From a virus (lineage: Duplodnaviria; Caudoviricetes): DNA of 33,443 nucleotides. The translations under genes were made by a program, and so were the position numbers. The stretch is taken from IMG/VR virus record IMGVR_UViG_3300021592_000010, positions 1 through 33,443 of that record; one strand, written 5' to 3'. Positions within the stretch are counted from its first letter, which is position 1. The number at the start of each line of letters is the position of its first letter. A model generated the notes under the pieces. The model ran no database searches, was not told the origin of the DNA, and saw only the letters and a program-made list of their open reading frames with translations. Below, piece after piece: positions 17,428 to 26,934 of this stretch.

Positions 17428-18486
17428 TTAAAAATCAGGCATTCCTAAATATTCAATGTTTTGACGCTTTTGTATCATTTCATATCTACATTTATTTAAA
17501 GCATCTTCAAATTCTGCTCTATATAAAGAAGCTTGCTGAAGCTCTTCTAACCTTCGTTTGGTTCTATAAATAAGATAGAGTGTAATTAAATCTGAATATT
17601 GAGTTGGAAACTCTACAAGGGAAGCAATTATATAGCTTGCACCTGTTGTATCTGACCCTTCGTAATTTTCTGAAATTGTTATTTGTGTATCGCTATCAAC
17701 TGAGCTTATTGTATAAAATTTTGTAGGATTAGTGCCTATTCCTATTACCCAGCCACTAATAACATTAGAGCTCCAAGTTGTTCCACTACCTGTAATAGTA
17801 GCACTTCCATTAGTTGCTGATACAGTGCCTGTATTATATATAGTTGGCTCTTGCCTTAAATATCTTACAGAAGAATGCACCCAAATATCTCGCTCTGTTA
17901 CAGTTTTGCCATCGCTATGTGATACAGCATCTGTGCCTTCTACACCTCTTGTGCAATTCAAAAATTGGGTAGAATTGGTATCAGTATATTCTATAACTTC
18001 ATTTTCAATAATTATTCGTCCTCTTTTAGGAAAATTTGAGGTAGAATCAACAGTAATAGTAGTATCTATTGCTGTAATATTACCATCTAAAGTGGTTGTG
18101 CCTGCTGAAGATGAGACAGGTGGATAGATATATAGATTTTTTTCCCAAACTGTGCATATCTGTGGGATACCTGTTGTATAATTGAATTGCTGATAATATC
18201 TAAAACTTTGGATGTCTCTGTATTCTAATCTATAAATAGATTGTGTGCCTCTGATATATTCTACACTTATAGGTCTTATAAATCTTGCAGGGACAGTATA
18301 TTTCTGCTGATTAGCTACACTTGAAAATGTTATCAGTTGGTCAAGACAATCAGTATAATTTGTAATAATTTCAACAGCTTTTCTTATCCATCTAATATAT
18401 TCTGTCAAAGTAGGCACAGACGAGGAACTGGGTATCCCAGTTTCAGTCTCATCAGCTGCATCCATTATAACTTCCCATAAATTCAT
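17428..18486 (-). CDS. head-tail adaptor with inserted beta domains
   Basis: Helical ends with YTVP..F, LYIYP, FPTQYSDLI motifs; two Thr/Ser/Gly-rich insertions. Confidence 0.7.
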   Translation of the reverse strand: MNLWEVIMDAADETETGIPSSSSVPTLTEYIRWIRKAVEIITNYTDCLDQLITFSSVANQQKYTVPARFIRPISVEYIRGTQSIYRLEYRDIQSFRYYQQFNYTTGIPQICTVWEKNLYIYPPVSSSAGTTTLDGNITAIDTTITVDSTSNFPKRGRIIIENEVIEYTDTNSTQFLNCTRGVEGTDAVSHSDGKTVTERDIWVHSSVRYLRQEPTIYNTGTVSATNGSATITGSGTTWSSNVISGWVIGIGTNPTKFYTISSVDSDTQITISENYEGSDTTGASYIIASLVEFPTQYSDLITLYLIYRTKRRLEELQQASLYRAEFEDALNKCRYEMIQKRQNIEYLGMPDF

Positions 18487-18506
18487 AGCTTAATCCTTCT
18501 TTTACT

Positions 18507-18539
18507 ATGGTAAATTTATAGTAAATTTATGGTAAATTT
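18507..18539. repeat. 3 x 11-bp tandem repeat across a stop codon
   Basis: ATGGTAAATTT ATAGTAAATTT ATGGTAAATTT. Confidence 0.8.
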
Positions 18540-18889
18540 ACAAATCCTACAGCTGTGCAATAAGCTTTACTATCAGCAGTTTCAACAGTTAAATTTAAAG
18601 CAGTATTATCTGAAAGTTTTAATCCCTGTTCACCGAAATCCAAAACATAATGACCTACAGCACTCCATTCAGCTAATCTTGTGCCACCAGCACCATCTTC
18701 TAATGCTATTATACCACCACCACCTACTGAACTGACTGTCACAATTGCTTTCTGGAGATATATTGCTTTACCTGTTCCAGATGGTGCAGATATAATTGTA
18801 GCATCACCTACAGCTGATAAAGAATTTGCACCTTGCACTCTTACAGAACTTTTAGGGTCAACATAAGATACAGTTGTTGGTAGTGCCAT
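18527..18889 (-). CDS. virion structural protein (beta-rich)
   Basis: Composition, position, AGGAG SD. Confidence 0.65.
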   Translation of the reverse strand: MALPTTVSYVDPKSSVRVQGANSLSAVGDATIISAPSGTGKAIYLQKAIVTVSSVGGGGIIALEDGAGGTRLAEWSAVGHYVLDFGEQGLKLSDNTALNLTVETADSKAYCTAVGFVNLP

Positions 18890-18925
18890 TTTAAAACTCC
18901 TTTTCTAATTTTTAATTTTTAATTT

Positions 18926-19159
18926 CTATGAACCTATAAACATTACATCTAATTTATCGCCATCTGAACCAGCAGAAAACTGGATAGTATATGTGCCAGA
19001 TGATACTGTATAGCCATCTCCGCCAATTACATAAGTGTAACCTGTACCAGGTGTAATATCTACACTGGTAGCTGAACCATCTTTTGTAATCTGATAGATT
19101 TTAAATCTTGCACTACCTGTAATTAAACCTTCCTTTTTTTTGGTAGCTGTAGCTGCCAT
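18926..19159 (-). CDS. small virion structural protein
   Basis: T/S/G-rich; GGAGGT SD. Confidence 0.65.
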   Translation of the reverse strand: MAATATKKKEGLITGSARFKIYQITKDGSATSVDITPGTGYTYVIGGDGYTVSSGTYTIQFSAGSDGDKLDVMFIGS

Positions 19160-19160
19160 C

Positions 19161-20078
19161 TCAATTTACCTCCTTTAATCTCATTTGTTTGATAGTTTTT
19201 AAATTACCTTCTAAATACGCACCTAATATACCACCTTCTGTTGCATTAATATGCTCTATATCAGGAAACTGAAAACTAATACAATCAAGCCAGAATTTAT
19301 TGATGTATTGCCTTAAAAGAGTATAGACACCTTTTCCTTGAATATCACAAGTTATCATTGCATCTGAACCAGAATTTTTGTCATCTTCTCCATAGAGATT
19401 ATTGCTATATTTAATAGCAGGTGATAAATCATTGCAATAATCTGTGCCTACAAAAACTATTCTTTTAGATTTCATACTGCAGGCAATAATATAAGCTGCA
19501 CCGATAACATGTCCACCTGTTGTAATTTCGCAATCAAAATCTGTATATTTTCTTATCATTTCTTTAATTTTATCAAAAGTTTCCGCTTGGAAAAATAGAA
19601 CTTTACCTTTCCACTTATCCCAGATAAGTGGAGATACCAAAATATCTGAAATAAGAGTTAAATTCTTGCTTTCATCTCCTACATCAAGAAACTCAGCTTG
19701 GACATCTTTAGCATCTAAAACTATTACATAATGAGGTTTAATTCCATTTGCTAACAAAGTTTTAAGAATATGAGAGCTGGCAATAATAATACCTTTTTTA
19801 TCTTTCAAAAATCTAATATTATATTTTAAAGAGGGGCCCGCCCCTATAAGGAAGCAAGCCCCTCTTTTATTTGTATCTTTCAATTTTTTTGCGCTATATT
19901 TCTGAAAATTCCAGCGGTTATTGTTTTCTACCAGATTCTTTGTCCATATCTTTTCCCAACCTTCTAATGTATTGTTATTGACAAACTTCTCTGTCACTAT
20001 CATCTCATCAGCTATGCGTTGAGGTATCGTATCTATTATAGGTCTTTTTTCTACTAATTTCCAATCTTCTACAAACAT
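19161..20078 (-). CDS. Maf/DUF115 (MptE-like domain) glycosyltransferase-family protein
   Basis: FLIGAGPSL, LLANGIKPHYVIVLD, GG.V...A, IVFVGTD, INATEGG; likely ATG 20078 overlapping upstream gene end. Confidence 0.85.
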   Translation of the reverse strand: MFVEDWKLVEKRPIIDTIPQRIADEMIVTEKFVNNNTLEGWEKIWTKNLVENNNRWNFQKYSAKKLKDTNKRGACFLIGAGPSLKYNIRFLKDKKGIIIASSHILKTLLANGIKPHYVIVLDAKDVQAEFLDVGDESKNLTLISDILVSPLIWDKWKGKVLFFQAETFDKIKEMIRKYTDFDCEITTGGHVIGAAYIIACSMKSKRIVFVGTDYCNDLSPAIKYSNNLYGEDDKNSGSDAMITCDIQGKGVYTLLRQYINKFWLDCISFQFPDIEHINATEGGILGAYLEGNLKTIKQMRLKEVN

Positions 20079-20566
20079 TTCACAAATGCTTTCACAGTTG
20101 TGCAGCTGCAAGCTTTGCTCTCAAGTGGTATAATACCACCCACTTGATAAAAAGCTGTATCTGTAGCACCACCGTCAGCAGTTTTGATTTTTCCTGATAG
20201 CACATAAGCAGCTTTGTATGCAGAAGTGGTAGCATCTGTAACCTTTTTTACAGCAGAATGGTAACCTCTTACCAAAATATATCCGTAATAGCCATTAGTA
20301 ATTGTGCCTATACCTACTCCTACAGGTTCAAATTTTGCTGGTGCATTTGTGGTATCTACTTTAACTGTATAACCTGTTGTGCCACCGAAAGTTACAACAT
20401 CGCCATTGGATATAGCAGAAGCAGCTTTGATATACATATACACTTTCAAACCATTGGTGTCATCGTATTCATATCGCAATCTACCTAATTCATCTTTTGC
20501 TGTTGAGGTATTACTTGAAGTTGATATATCATAAATTTCTTTATCGCCTTGACCTACTACAGCCAT
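20069..20566 (-). CDS. capsid decoration/cement protein
   Basis: Directly after MCP; LG.L......G.KVYMYIKA and YGYILVRG motifs. Confidence 0.7.
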   Translation of the reverse strand: MAVVGQGDKEIYDISTSSNTSTAKDELGRLRYEYDDTNGLKVYMYIKAASAISNGDVVTFGGTTGYTVKVDTTNAPAKFEPVGVGIGTITNGYYGYILVRGYHSAVKKVTDATTSAYKAAYVLSGKIKTADGGATDTAFYQVGGIIPLESKACSCTTVKAFVKCL

Positions 20567-20606
20567 CTTGTTACCTCCTTATTTAAAAAAACTTAAGAAT
20601 TTATTG

Positions 20607-21548
20607 TTATAATGCAGGGTCAATGTTTTTGAATGCACCGTGTCGTCTTCTGTTATTTGTAGCAAGCTGACCTGAAAAGGTTATTCTTGCTATTCTACCC
20701 TGCTGATTAATAGGTTTCAACCATTCGCTTACTCTGAAATTGTTGCGTGGATGGACATAGAATGTGATAAAGTTTTCGTTTATGAAATAGATATGGTTAT
20801 CAGTTGTTCCATTTCCAGAACCAGGGCAAGCTTTATCCACTATCCAATCTGCACCTTGAAATTTTAAGCTGTTATTTTCGCTCTGCACTCTGAATTCAGG
20901 TTTAACCTCTAAAAGTAACCAATATGCGTCAAAACAAGCTTGGTTGGATATAATGAGAGTAGGAACTTCGTTGCCATCTGAACAATCACCAAACTTATTC
21001 TGTAAAGCTGCAAGTGACAATACATTTGTAGAAGTATCAACAGAAGCTGCCCAGTTAGAAAAATCAGTTGCATTTATACCAGCATAATCAGTTGAGGCAG
21101 AGTCATCTACCATTAAAGGAAAACCCTGAATACCATTTGTTACACTGGATGTGCTAAAAAGGTCAGTTGTCAATGTTTTAGATAACTGCATTTCAGCTTG
21201 CTGAGCTTTTGCAGTTAAAAGAGAAATTATCTGAGCTTTACCAGAGTTTTTCAATTCGTCAGTTTGGGAAATTGCCATATTAGCATATACATGTCCCCAA
21301 TCATATCTTACAGCAGTAATCGTGTCATTGTCAGCTGTTAGAAGAGTTGACCAACCACTGTAGTGTCCAGCACTGGTTATTTCTGCATAAATGATTGGGA
21401 CTTTGATGTATTCTCCACCGTCTTGAGATTTATTGACTTTTGTTCTTAACCTTTTCAGCACAGGAGTTTTGTTATAGATATTATCTTGTAGTTTAGGTTC
21501 AATATATTCTTGAGTAACAGCTTGTAATACTGTATAATCAAGCGCCAT
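20607..21548 (-). CDS. major capsid protein
   Basis: 313 aa after scaffold; DNIYNKTPVL, GGEYIKVPI.Y, PTLII, IYFINE, GQLATNNRR.HG. Confidence 0.9.
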   Translation of the reverse strand: MALDYTVLQAVTQEYIEPKLQDNIYNKTPVLKRLRTKVNKSQDGGEYIKVPIIYAEITSAGHYSGWSTLLTADNDTITAVRYDWGHVYANMAISQTDELKNSGKAQIISLLTAKAQQAEMQLSKTLTTDLFSTSSVTNGIQGFPLMVDDSASTDYAGINATDFSNWAASVDTSTNVLSLAALQNKFGDCSDGNEVPTLIISNQACFDAYWLLLEVKPEFRVQSENNSLKFQGADWIVDKACPGSGNGTTDNHIYFINENFITFYVHPRNNFRVSEWLKPINQQGRIARITFSGQLATNNRRRHGAFKNIDPAL

Positions 21549-21603
21549 GGTCTTATTACCTCCTTATCAGAAAAAATTTAAAAATTTAAAGTTTTTAAAT
21601 CTA

Positions 21604-22398
21604 TTAACCCAATTCAGCAAGTCTTGGGTCTTTCATCATAAGCTCTTCTATCTCATTCCACGATTTTTGAGTAACATCTACTTTCATCGGTTTAGTTCGC
21701 TTTCCAGCAGGTAGATTGAGGTTCTGTCGCTGTAATGTCGCCTGTCTTGTCTTATCCTGTCCTTGCTGATACATATCAGTTACTAATTTATCAAACATCA
21801 TATCTTTGAATGCTGTATGGAGATTCATTATATCATTTTCGTATGCGTATTCTACGAGTTTCCGTTCAAGGTCTGGGTCTTCTTCAAAATATTTTTTATA
21901 GATGGGTTTATTCTTAATTTCATTTAAATCATTCTGTAATTTCATCATCTCTTTATCAATTTCAATCTGGTCAACAGTCTGTTTAATTCTATTAACTTCT
22001 TCCCATAATGGATTATTAGTAATCTGCTGTTGCTGTGTTTGTGCTGTTGGAGTTTGCTGACTTGCATATTTCTTGAATATATTTTCAATCTCGCTATATA
22101 CTTGAGGATATTGGTTAAGAAATTCCTCTAACTGTCGTGCTTTCTGTAACTGTCGCTCCATTTCCGCTAACTGCTGTGCCCGTTGAGTATTCGCTTTCTG
22201 CCATTTCTGTTTATTCTCGCTATCTTTCAGAGCTTGTTTGATTTGGTCTAAAGTATACTCTTTTTCATCAATGGTAATGACATTCTCATTACCGCTATCT
22301 TCTACATCTTCTACAGATGTAGAAGTATCTAAATTATCTGCTGTTGTTGACTCCTCTGTTGTATCAAGAGGTTGGTCTAAAAGTAAATCTTCTGCCAT
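21604..22398 (-). CDS. scaffolding protein
   Basis: Acidic N-terminus, coiled coil (TQRAQQLAE), precedes MCP; ATG 22398 after GGAGGAG. Confidence 0.8.
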   Translation of the reverse strand: MAEDLLLDQPLDTTEESTTADNLDTSTSVEDVEDSGNENVITIDEKEYTLDQIKQALKDSENKQKWQKANTQRAQQLAEMERQLQKARQLEEFLNQYPQVYSEIENIFKKYASQQTPTAQTQQQQITNNPLWEEVNRIKQTVDQIEIDKEMMKLQNDLNEIKNKPIYKKYFEEDPDLERKLVEYAYENDIMNLHTAFKDMMFDKLVTDMYQQGQDKTRQATLQRQNLNLPAGKRTKPMKVDVTQKSWNEIEELMMKDPRLAELG

Positions 22399-22516
22399 TT
22401 TGTTTTCTCCTCCTTCTTTGTTTAATGACACCCCTAATTAATAAAAAAAGATAGAAAAAAGGGTTGGTCATAATTAAGTTTAGAAAAATTTTTTGTAAGA
22501 CATCCCTGTAATATTA

Positions 22517-22705
22517 TCAGGGATTGGTCTTACTCAGATATACCAAATAAGCCTGCTTTCGGATAGTTTTTCTATTTTTCTTCTTTCTATTATCCACATA
22601 TTCAGGTAATTTCTTACCTTTAGGTGTCTTTTTTTCAAACTCTCGTGCCAATTTCGGATGAACAGCATACATAAATCTGCGCTGTGCTTGTGAAACAAAA
22701 GGCAT
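22517..22705 (-). CDS. small basic phage protein
   Basis: MPFVSQAQRRFM...HP...TP...LPE motif recalled from phage head modules. Confidence 0.8.
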   Translation of the reverse strand: MPFVSQAQRRFMYAVHPKLAREFEKKTPKGKKLPEYVDNRKKKNRKTIRKQAYLVYLSKTNP

Positions 22706-22752
22706 ATTTATCTTCTTCTTCTAATCATAATAGGAAATAAAATCTTTTTTTA

Positions 22753-24588
22753 TTAAGTCTCTTTCCCCTCTTCAGGTTTCTGTGCTATTAAAGCATCTAA
22801 TACCAATTTTTGTCGCTTTAAATCTAACTGTTCACGCTTTATATCCATTTGTTCTGCTTTCTGCGCCTGTTCTTGTGCCATTTGCTGTTGAGCTATTTGA
22901 GCTTGTTGCTGTTGCGCTTGCATTTGCATCTGCTTCAGTTCCTCTTCTCGTCTATTTAATCTTTCATTTATCTCTTTCCAATCGGATAATCCTGATTCTT
23001 TAAGTAATGCATATCTATCAGCTGCACCTACTTGGAATAGTGATAACACAGTTTGAAATCTTTCTATTCTTGAAATAGGCAATGTAGAATCTGGTTCTAT
23101 ATAGACATCGTATTCTCCTATTGTAACATTATTCTTTATCTCTTCTACCCCATTAATTATCTGGACATCATTGATAGTAATAGTTTCATCTTCCCCAATA
23201 CCTAAAAGTCTTATTATCCGTTTAGTAGAATAACCTACTTGGATATAATCAATTATAAGTTCAACAAGTTTTTTAATTGCAGCTTCTAAAAGTCTTGCCT
23301 TAGGTCTTATCATTGTTTTAGACGCTTCCTGCAGAAGATGTATAGCTGCAGCTGCTGTTACTCCTTGCGGTTTTCTGCCTTGCGTAACATCGTGGATACC
23401 TGATACATATTCTATATTAAGTTTGCCTTCTAAAATAAATCTGAAAATATCATTTGGTAAAGGTGCAGGATAAACCCATTCAAAATCTAAAGAAGGAATA
23501 CCAGCACCCCATTTATTTTTAATCTGGTTAGGGTCTATACCTGATCTGGGGTCATATTTAAATCTGGGATAACACATTGCTCTTAACCAATCTTTAATCA
23601 AAGCATACATTTCGTTATAATCTATCTGGCTCTGCTTCCAATAATCCATATTAGCAATACCGTATGTTTCAGTTTCAGGGTCAATATCAAGAACAAGTGG
23701 CACAATTGGAAAATGTTTAACAACACAAGGTCTATCATCTAAAATTATTTTGCCATTTGCTATAAATATCCATCTACCATAAGGATACAGTTTTTTTGTT
23801 ACAATTTTATCTTTATTTTCTGAATCTGTAATATATGCTACAGAATCATCTTTCAGCCAGAAAGTATGAAGTTTGACTCGCTGAAACTGTTCTATTACAT
23901 CAGTTTGAGTTCCTTCATATACAACAGTTTCGCTTTTATCAGTGCTCTGAACAGGTAGATGAGGTTTGCGTTTTGATGTTGTAGGAATAGTTAATTTGCT
24001 ATCTTTCAAAACTTCGGCTCTAACTAAATCTGCTTTATCTGGGAAAAGTCTATATATTTCTGCTAATGTTACATCTTTTTCTATAATGAAATAATTATCT
24101 TCGCCAGATGGATCTCTTAATACAGAATCAGCTGATTCTATCTTTATTTTTATATCACCTTCTCCATTATTAGCATTTTCGTCCCAATAAGGATATAGAT
24201 AAGCTATACCCTCTATTGATGCCATTTTGCAAGCTTTATGTTGTAAGATATAGTAATTATTTAGATAGAAAATATGCTTAACAAGTTTAGTTAATATATC
24301 AGCAACAACAATATCAGCATTACTATCAACTGGTCGTATAGATACATTTGGAATATTATCTGTCAGAAGAGCTACTTCATCTCGTATAATCAGAGATGCA
24401 AAATTAGTAACAGATTTAGCTTTGTAGGGTGGCTGTCTTCTGCGCCATTGGTCACCTTTATAAAATTTACGGTTATCTTCCCGATTAGTTCGGAAAGGTC
24501 TATCATAATTTATTGATTCAATATAAAGTTTGCTCATTAAGAAATCAATTAATGCTTCTTCCTGTTTTGTTGGTTTATATTCAGCCAT
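22753..24588 (-). CDS. portal protein (P22-like)
   Basis: FYKGDQW, SGIHDVTQG, AAAIHLLQE, GEYDVYIE, Gln-rich C-terminal coiled coil. Confidence 0.9.
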   Translation of the reverse strand: MAEYKPTKQEEALIDFLMSKLYIESINYDRPFRTNREDNRKFYKGDQWRRRQPPYKAKSVTNFASLIIRDEVALLTDNIPNVSIRPVDSNADIVVADILTKLVKHIFYLNNYYILQHKACKMASIEGIAYLYPYWDENANNGEGDIKIKIESADSVLRDPSGEDNYFIIEKDVTLAEIYRLFPDKADLVRAEVLKDSKLTIPTTSKRKPHLPVQSTDKSETVVYEGTQTDVIEQFQRVKLHTFWLKDDSVAYITDSENKDKIVTKKLYPYGRWIFIANGKIILDDRPCVVKHFPIVPLVLDIDPETETYGIANMDYWKQSQIDYNEMYALIKDWLRAMCYPRFKYDPRSGIDPNQIKNKWGAGIPSLDFEWVYPAPLPNDIFRFILEGKLNIEYVSGIHDVTQGRKPQGVTAAAAIHLLQEASKTMIRPKARLLEAAIKKLVELIIDYIQVGYSTKRIIRLLGIGEDETITINDVQIINGVEEIKNNVTIGEYDVYIEPDSTLPISRIERFQTVLSLFQVGAADRYALLKESGLSDWKEINERLNRREEELKQMQMQAQQQQAQIAQQQMAQEQAQKAEQMDIKREQLDLKRQKLVLDALIAQKPEEGKET

Positions 24589-24594
24589 TTTAAT

Positions 24595-24855
24595 TTAAAT
24601 CTCCTTTCTTTTTTTAGTTTTATTACGATACATTTCTCTTATATCTTCACGTGAAAGTCCCTTATGTTCAGGAGACCTTATATCTTCTGTGCCAACTTCA
24701 ACAGCACCTGCCTCGTGTAAAAGTTTTTTGTAATGAGATGCACTTCTTACCCATTTGCCTAATCCTATGTGATAATAAGGTTCAAAACTTTTAACTGAAA
24801 GAGATTTGATTTTTTCAATATATGCTTTGTCGTCATCATTTTCTCTTCTGTCCAT
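24595..24855 (-). CDS. phage protein between TerL and portal
   Basis: PYY..GLG..V.S..H...L....VEVG pattern; GAGGTG SD. Confidence 0.7.
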   Translation of the reverse strand: MDRRENDDDKAYIEKIKSLSVKSFEPYYHIGLGKWVRSASHYKKLLHEAGAVEVGTEDIRSPEHKGLSREDIREMYRNKTKKRKEI

Positions 24856-24876
24856 TTTTTAATCACCTCTTTTTAA

Positions 24877-25158
24877 TTAATAAGTTTCTTTTAAATATTC
24901 TTCATCATCGTCAGCATTATAATATAATTCCTTTGCAAGTTTCTTTACTTCTTTTTCAGTTAAAGGTTTATTATACTTTTTTTCAAGTTTCTCTTTATAA
25001 TAAAGGAATTCATCATCTTCATTTATAACTTTTTTGGGCTGTTCTTTTAAAGAAAAATTTTTAGGCAAATGTTGCCCTATCCTAATTCCTACAATTAAAA
25101 AAACTAAACTAAAAAGAGGCAAAAGAACTGCTAAAATTATCGTAACAATAGTATTCAT
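24877..25158 (-). CDS. membrane-anchored small protein
   Basis: ATG 25158 after GGAGG; N-terminal TM helix; overlaps TerL 3' end. Confidence 0.65.
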   Translation of the reverse strand: MNTIVTIILAVLLPLFSLVFLIVGIRIGQHLPKNFSLKEQPKKVINEDDEFLYYKEKLEKKYNKPLTEKEVKKLAKELYYNADDDEEYLKETY

Positions 25159-26737
25159 TTTCAATACCCTCCTCATCTTCATAAAATGAAAACTCTTCAT
25201 TTTCTTCTACATCAGTTCTTAAAAGCCAGTCAACAAATCTTTTCATAGGATACTGTTCATATTCTGACACAGTCTTCTGTTTAGGAACAATTTTAATCTC
25301 TTCTAAATCTGCAAGAGTATCTAACAAATCATCAGCATTATGTTTCCTGTCAGGATTATATCTTATAATCTGATTTTCAATAAAAGATTTATCTAAATCA
25401 TCACAAAAGAGAATTTTATGCTGTGCAAAGCGCCACTGTAAAGACATAATACGATAATTTTTTGAAGTATGAGTATTGCGTGGAATTTCTTTAATAGGTA
25501 AAATTACACTTTCTCTGTTGCTTAATTCATATAAAACATTTACAAGCATTTTCTGAAATGCCACTGTTTCAATTGCCATTACTTGCGGTGTCCATTTCTT
25601 GTAAGCTCTTATAATATTTTTTAGAAGTGTATTAGTATTCCATCTGCCATATTCTATATCAACAATATATTCGTTATTATCATTATCAAAAACAGCAGTA
25701 GTTATAACAGAATAATCAGCTTTTTTATCTTCTGAAATAGCTACATCAATAGCCATAAATCTTGGTGGCAATTTATTATCCACTCGTGGTAACCGTTTCC
25801 TTTCAATATATTTAATATCTTTTTTCTTAAAAGGTGCAGTCTCTTCATCAATAGGTTCCAACATATACTGACCTGCAAACTTATAGCTGCCTTGAGTTTC
25901 CTGCAATTTTTTAAGTCCTGCAATAGAGAACCGTTCAGGAAATAGTGGCTCTTCTTCGCCTTTTTCGTTTATTATAATAGCAGGTCTTTTATAGACAAAA
26001 AACTGGCTATTTTTCTGTTTAGCTTTTTCTTCCCAATCGCCATAAACATCATTAAAATCATAACGAGTTCCTTCCATATCAATTGGGTTTTTTTCAGGAT
26101 TATGAAGAAGTGAAATACAATATTCTACCCAATCCTTAACTTTCTGGATTTGTGTAGGTGTAGTAACATTTTCAGGTGTAACAATATCTGATAACACTAT
26201 CTTATCAAAGTGTCGTCCAACAATAGTTTGCCCTATTCCAGCAACTTCAACTGTTGCTTCTTTTAGAACAAAATTGGTTCTATTTGGAACAGTAAAAGCA
26301 GTTTGAGTTCCCCATTCTTTGACATCTTCTGCTGGACAATATTCAGGAAAATATTTACGAAAATCAGGACATAATCTAAATATATTTTTTATTATATTTA
26401 AAACTTTCTTGGCATTTTCCATTGTAGAAGATACAAGCAAAATTCTGATATTAGGGTTATTCAAAATATTTCGCACAGTATTTGCAATAGCAATGATAGA
26501 AGTTTTAAAATGTCCACGAGGGAAAAGAAAAAGTCTATATAAATATTTACCTTCAGTAGCTTCTATTGCTCTACATAAATCTCTATGACAATTACTTTTT
26601 TTACTTAAATTTGTAAATCCTACTAAATGACATAGTTCAAATAAATCTTTTTTAAACAGTTCCCTTTTGAGTAAATATTCTTTTTGTCTGTATAGTTGTA
26701 GAAGTTCTTCTTTTATTTGTTGTTGTGTTAAATACAT
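25109..26737 (-). CDS. terL: terminase large subunit
   Basis: PRGHFKT Walker A, GRHFD, GTRY, LFPERFS, IDVAIS..ADYS, DDLLD nuclease motifs. Confidence 0.95.
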   Translation of the reverse strand: MYLTQQQIKEELLQLYRQKEYLLKRELFKKDLFELCHLVGFTNLSKKSNCHRDLCRAIEATEGKYLYRLFLFPRGHFKTSIIAIANTVRNILNNPNIRILLVSSTMENAKKVLNIIKNIFRLCPDFRKYFPEYCPAEDVKEWGTQTAFTVPNRTNFVLKEATVEVAGIGQTIVGRHFDKIVLSDIVTPENVTTPTQIQKVKDWVEYCISLLHNPEKNPIDMEGTRYDFNDVYGDWEEKAKQKNSQFFVYKRPAIIINEKGEEEPLFPERFSIAGLKKLQETQGSYKFAGQYMLEPIDEETAPFKKKDIKYIERKRLPRVDNKLPPRFMAIDVAISEDKKADYSVITTAVFDNDNNEYIVDIEYGRWNTNTLLKNIIRAYKKWTPQVMAIETVAFQKMLVNVLYELSNRESVILPIKEIPRNTHTSKNYRIMSLQWRFAQHKILFCDDLDKSFIENQIIRYNPDRKHNADDLLDTLADLEEIKIVPKQKTVSEYEQYPMKRFVDWLLRTDVEENEEFSFYEDEEGIENEYYCYDNFSSSFASF

Positions 26738-26749
26738 CTCTTTTTTTCT

Positions 26750-26932
26750 TTATTTTTCTTTTTTATCTTTTTCAGTTAAAGACTGTTCAATTTTATCTAT
26801 ATAATGCTCATCTTTAGTGCCTAAACAAACAGGACATATAACTTCATATTCCAACTTTACTTTATTAGAAGTAACATTTGCTATATATGAATAAGGCACA
26901 GTTCCTTTAGAATTACAAAAAGAACAAGCCAT
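26750..26932 (-). CDS. small Zn-finger protein
   Basis: ATG 26932; CSFCNSKG...CPVCLGT. Confidence 0.7.
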   Translation of the reverse strand: MACSFCNSKGTVPYSYIANVTSNKVKLEYEVICPVCLGTKDEHYIDKIEQSLTEKDKKEK

Positions 26933-26934
26933 TA

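Noticed and set aside
18507-18539. 11-bp triple repeat as a regulatory site
   Set aside because: Most simply a slippage duplication of the gene end; no other copies noticed
20069-20111. Programmed frameshift fusing the decoration protein to the Maf-like enzyme
   Set aside because: Frames overlap, but no canonical slippery heptamer was found; coupled reinitiation at ATG 20078 is simpler
164-26588. Plus-strand ORFs in the track (164, 3184, 3785, 5038, 7359, 8809, 11575, 17340, 17732, 18529, 18681, 20258, 22238, 22782, 24822, 26319) and nested minus ORFs 3424 and 25741
   Set aside because: Shadows of well-supported genes or of regulatory DNA, with no convincing SD or motif
26750-26932. Zn finger as a split DnaJ partner of the J-domain
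   Set aside because: CxxCxGxG-like mini-proteins are common in phages; the motifs here are degenerate and 14 kb from the J-domain
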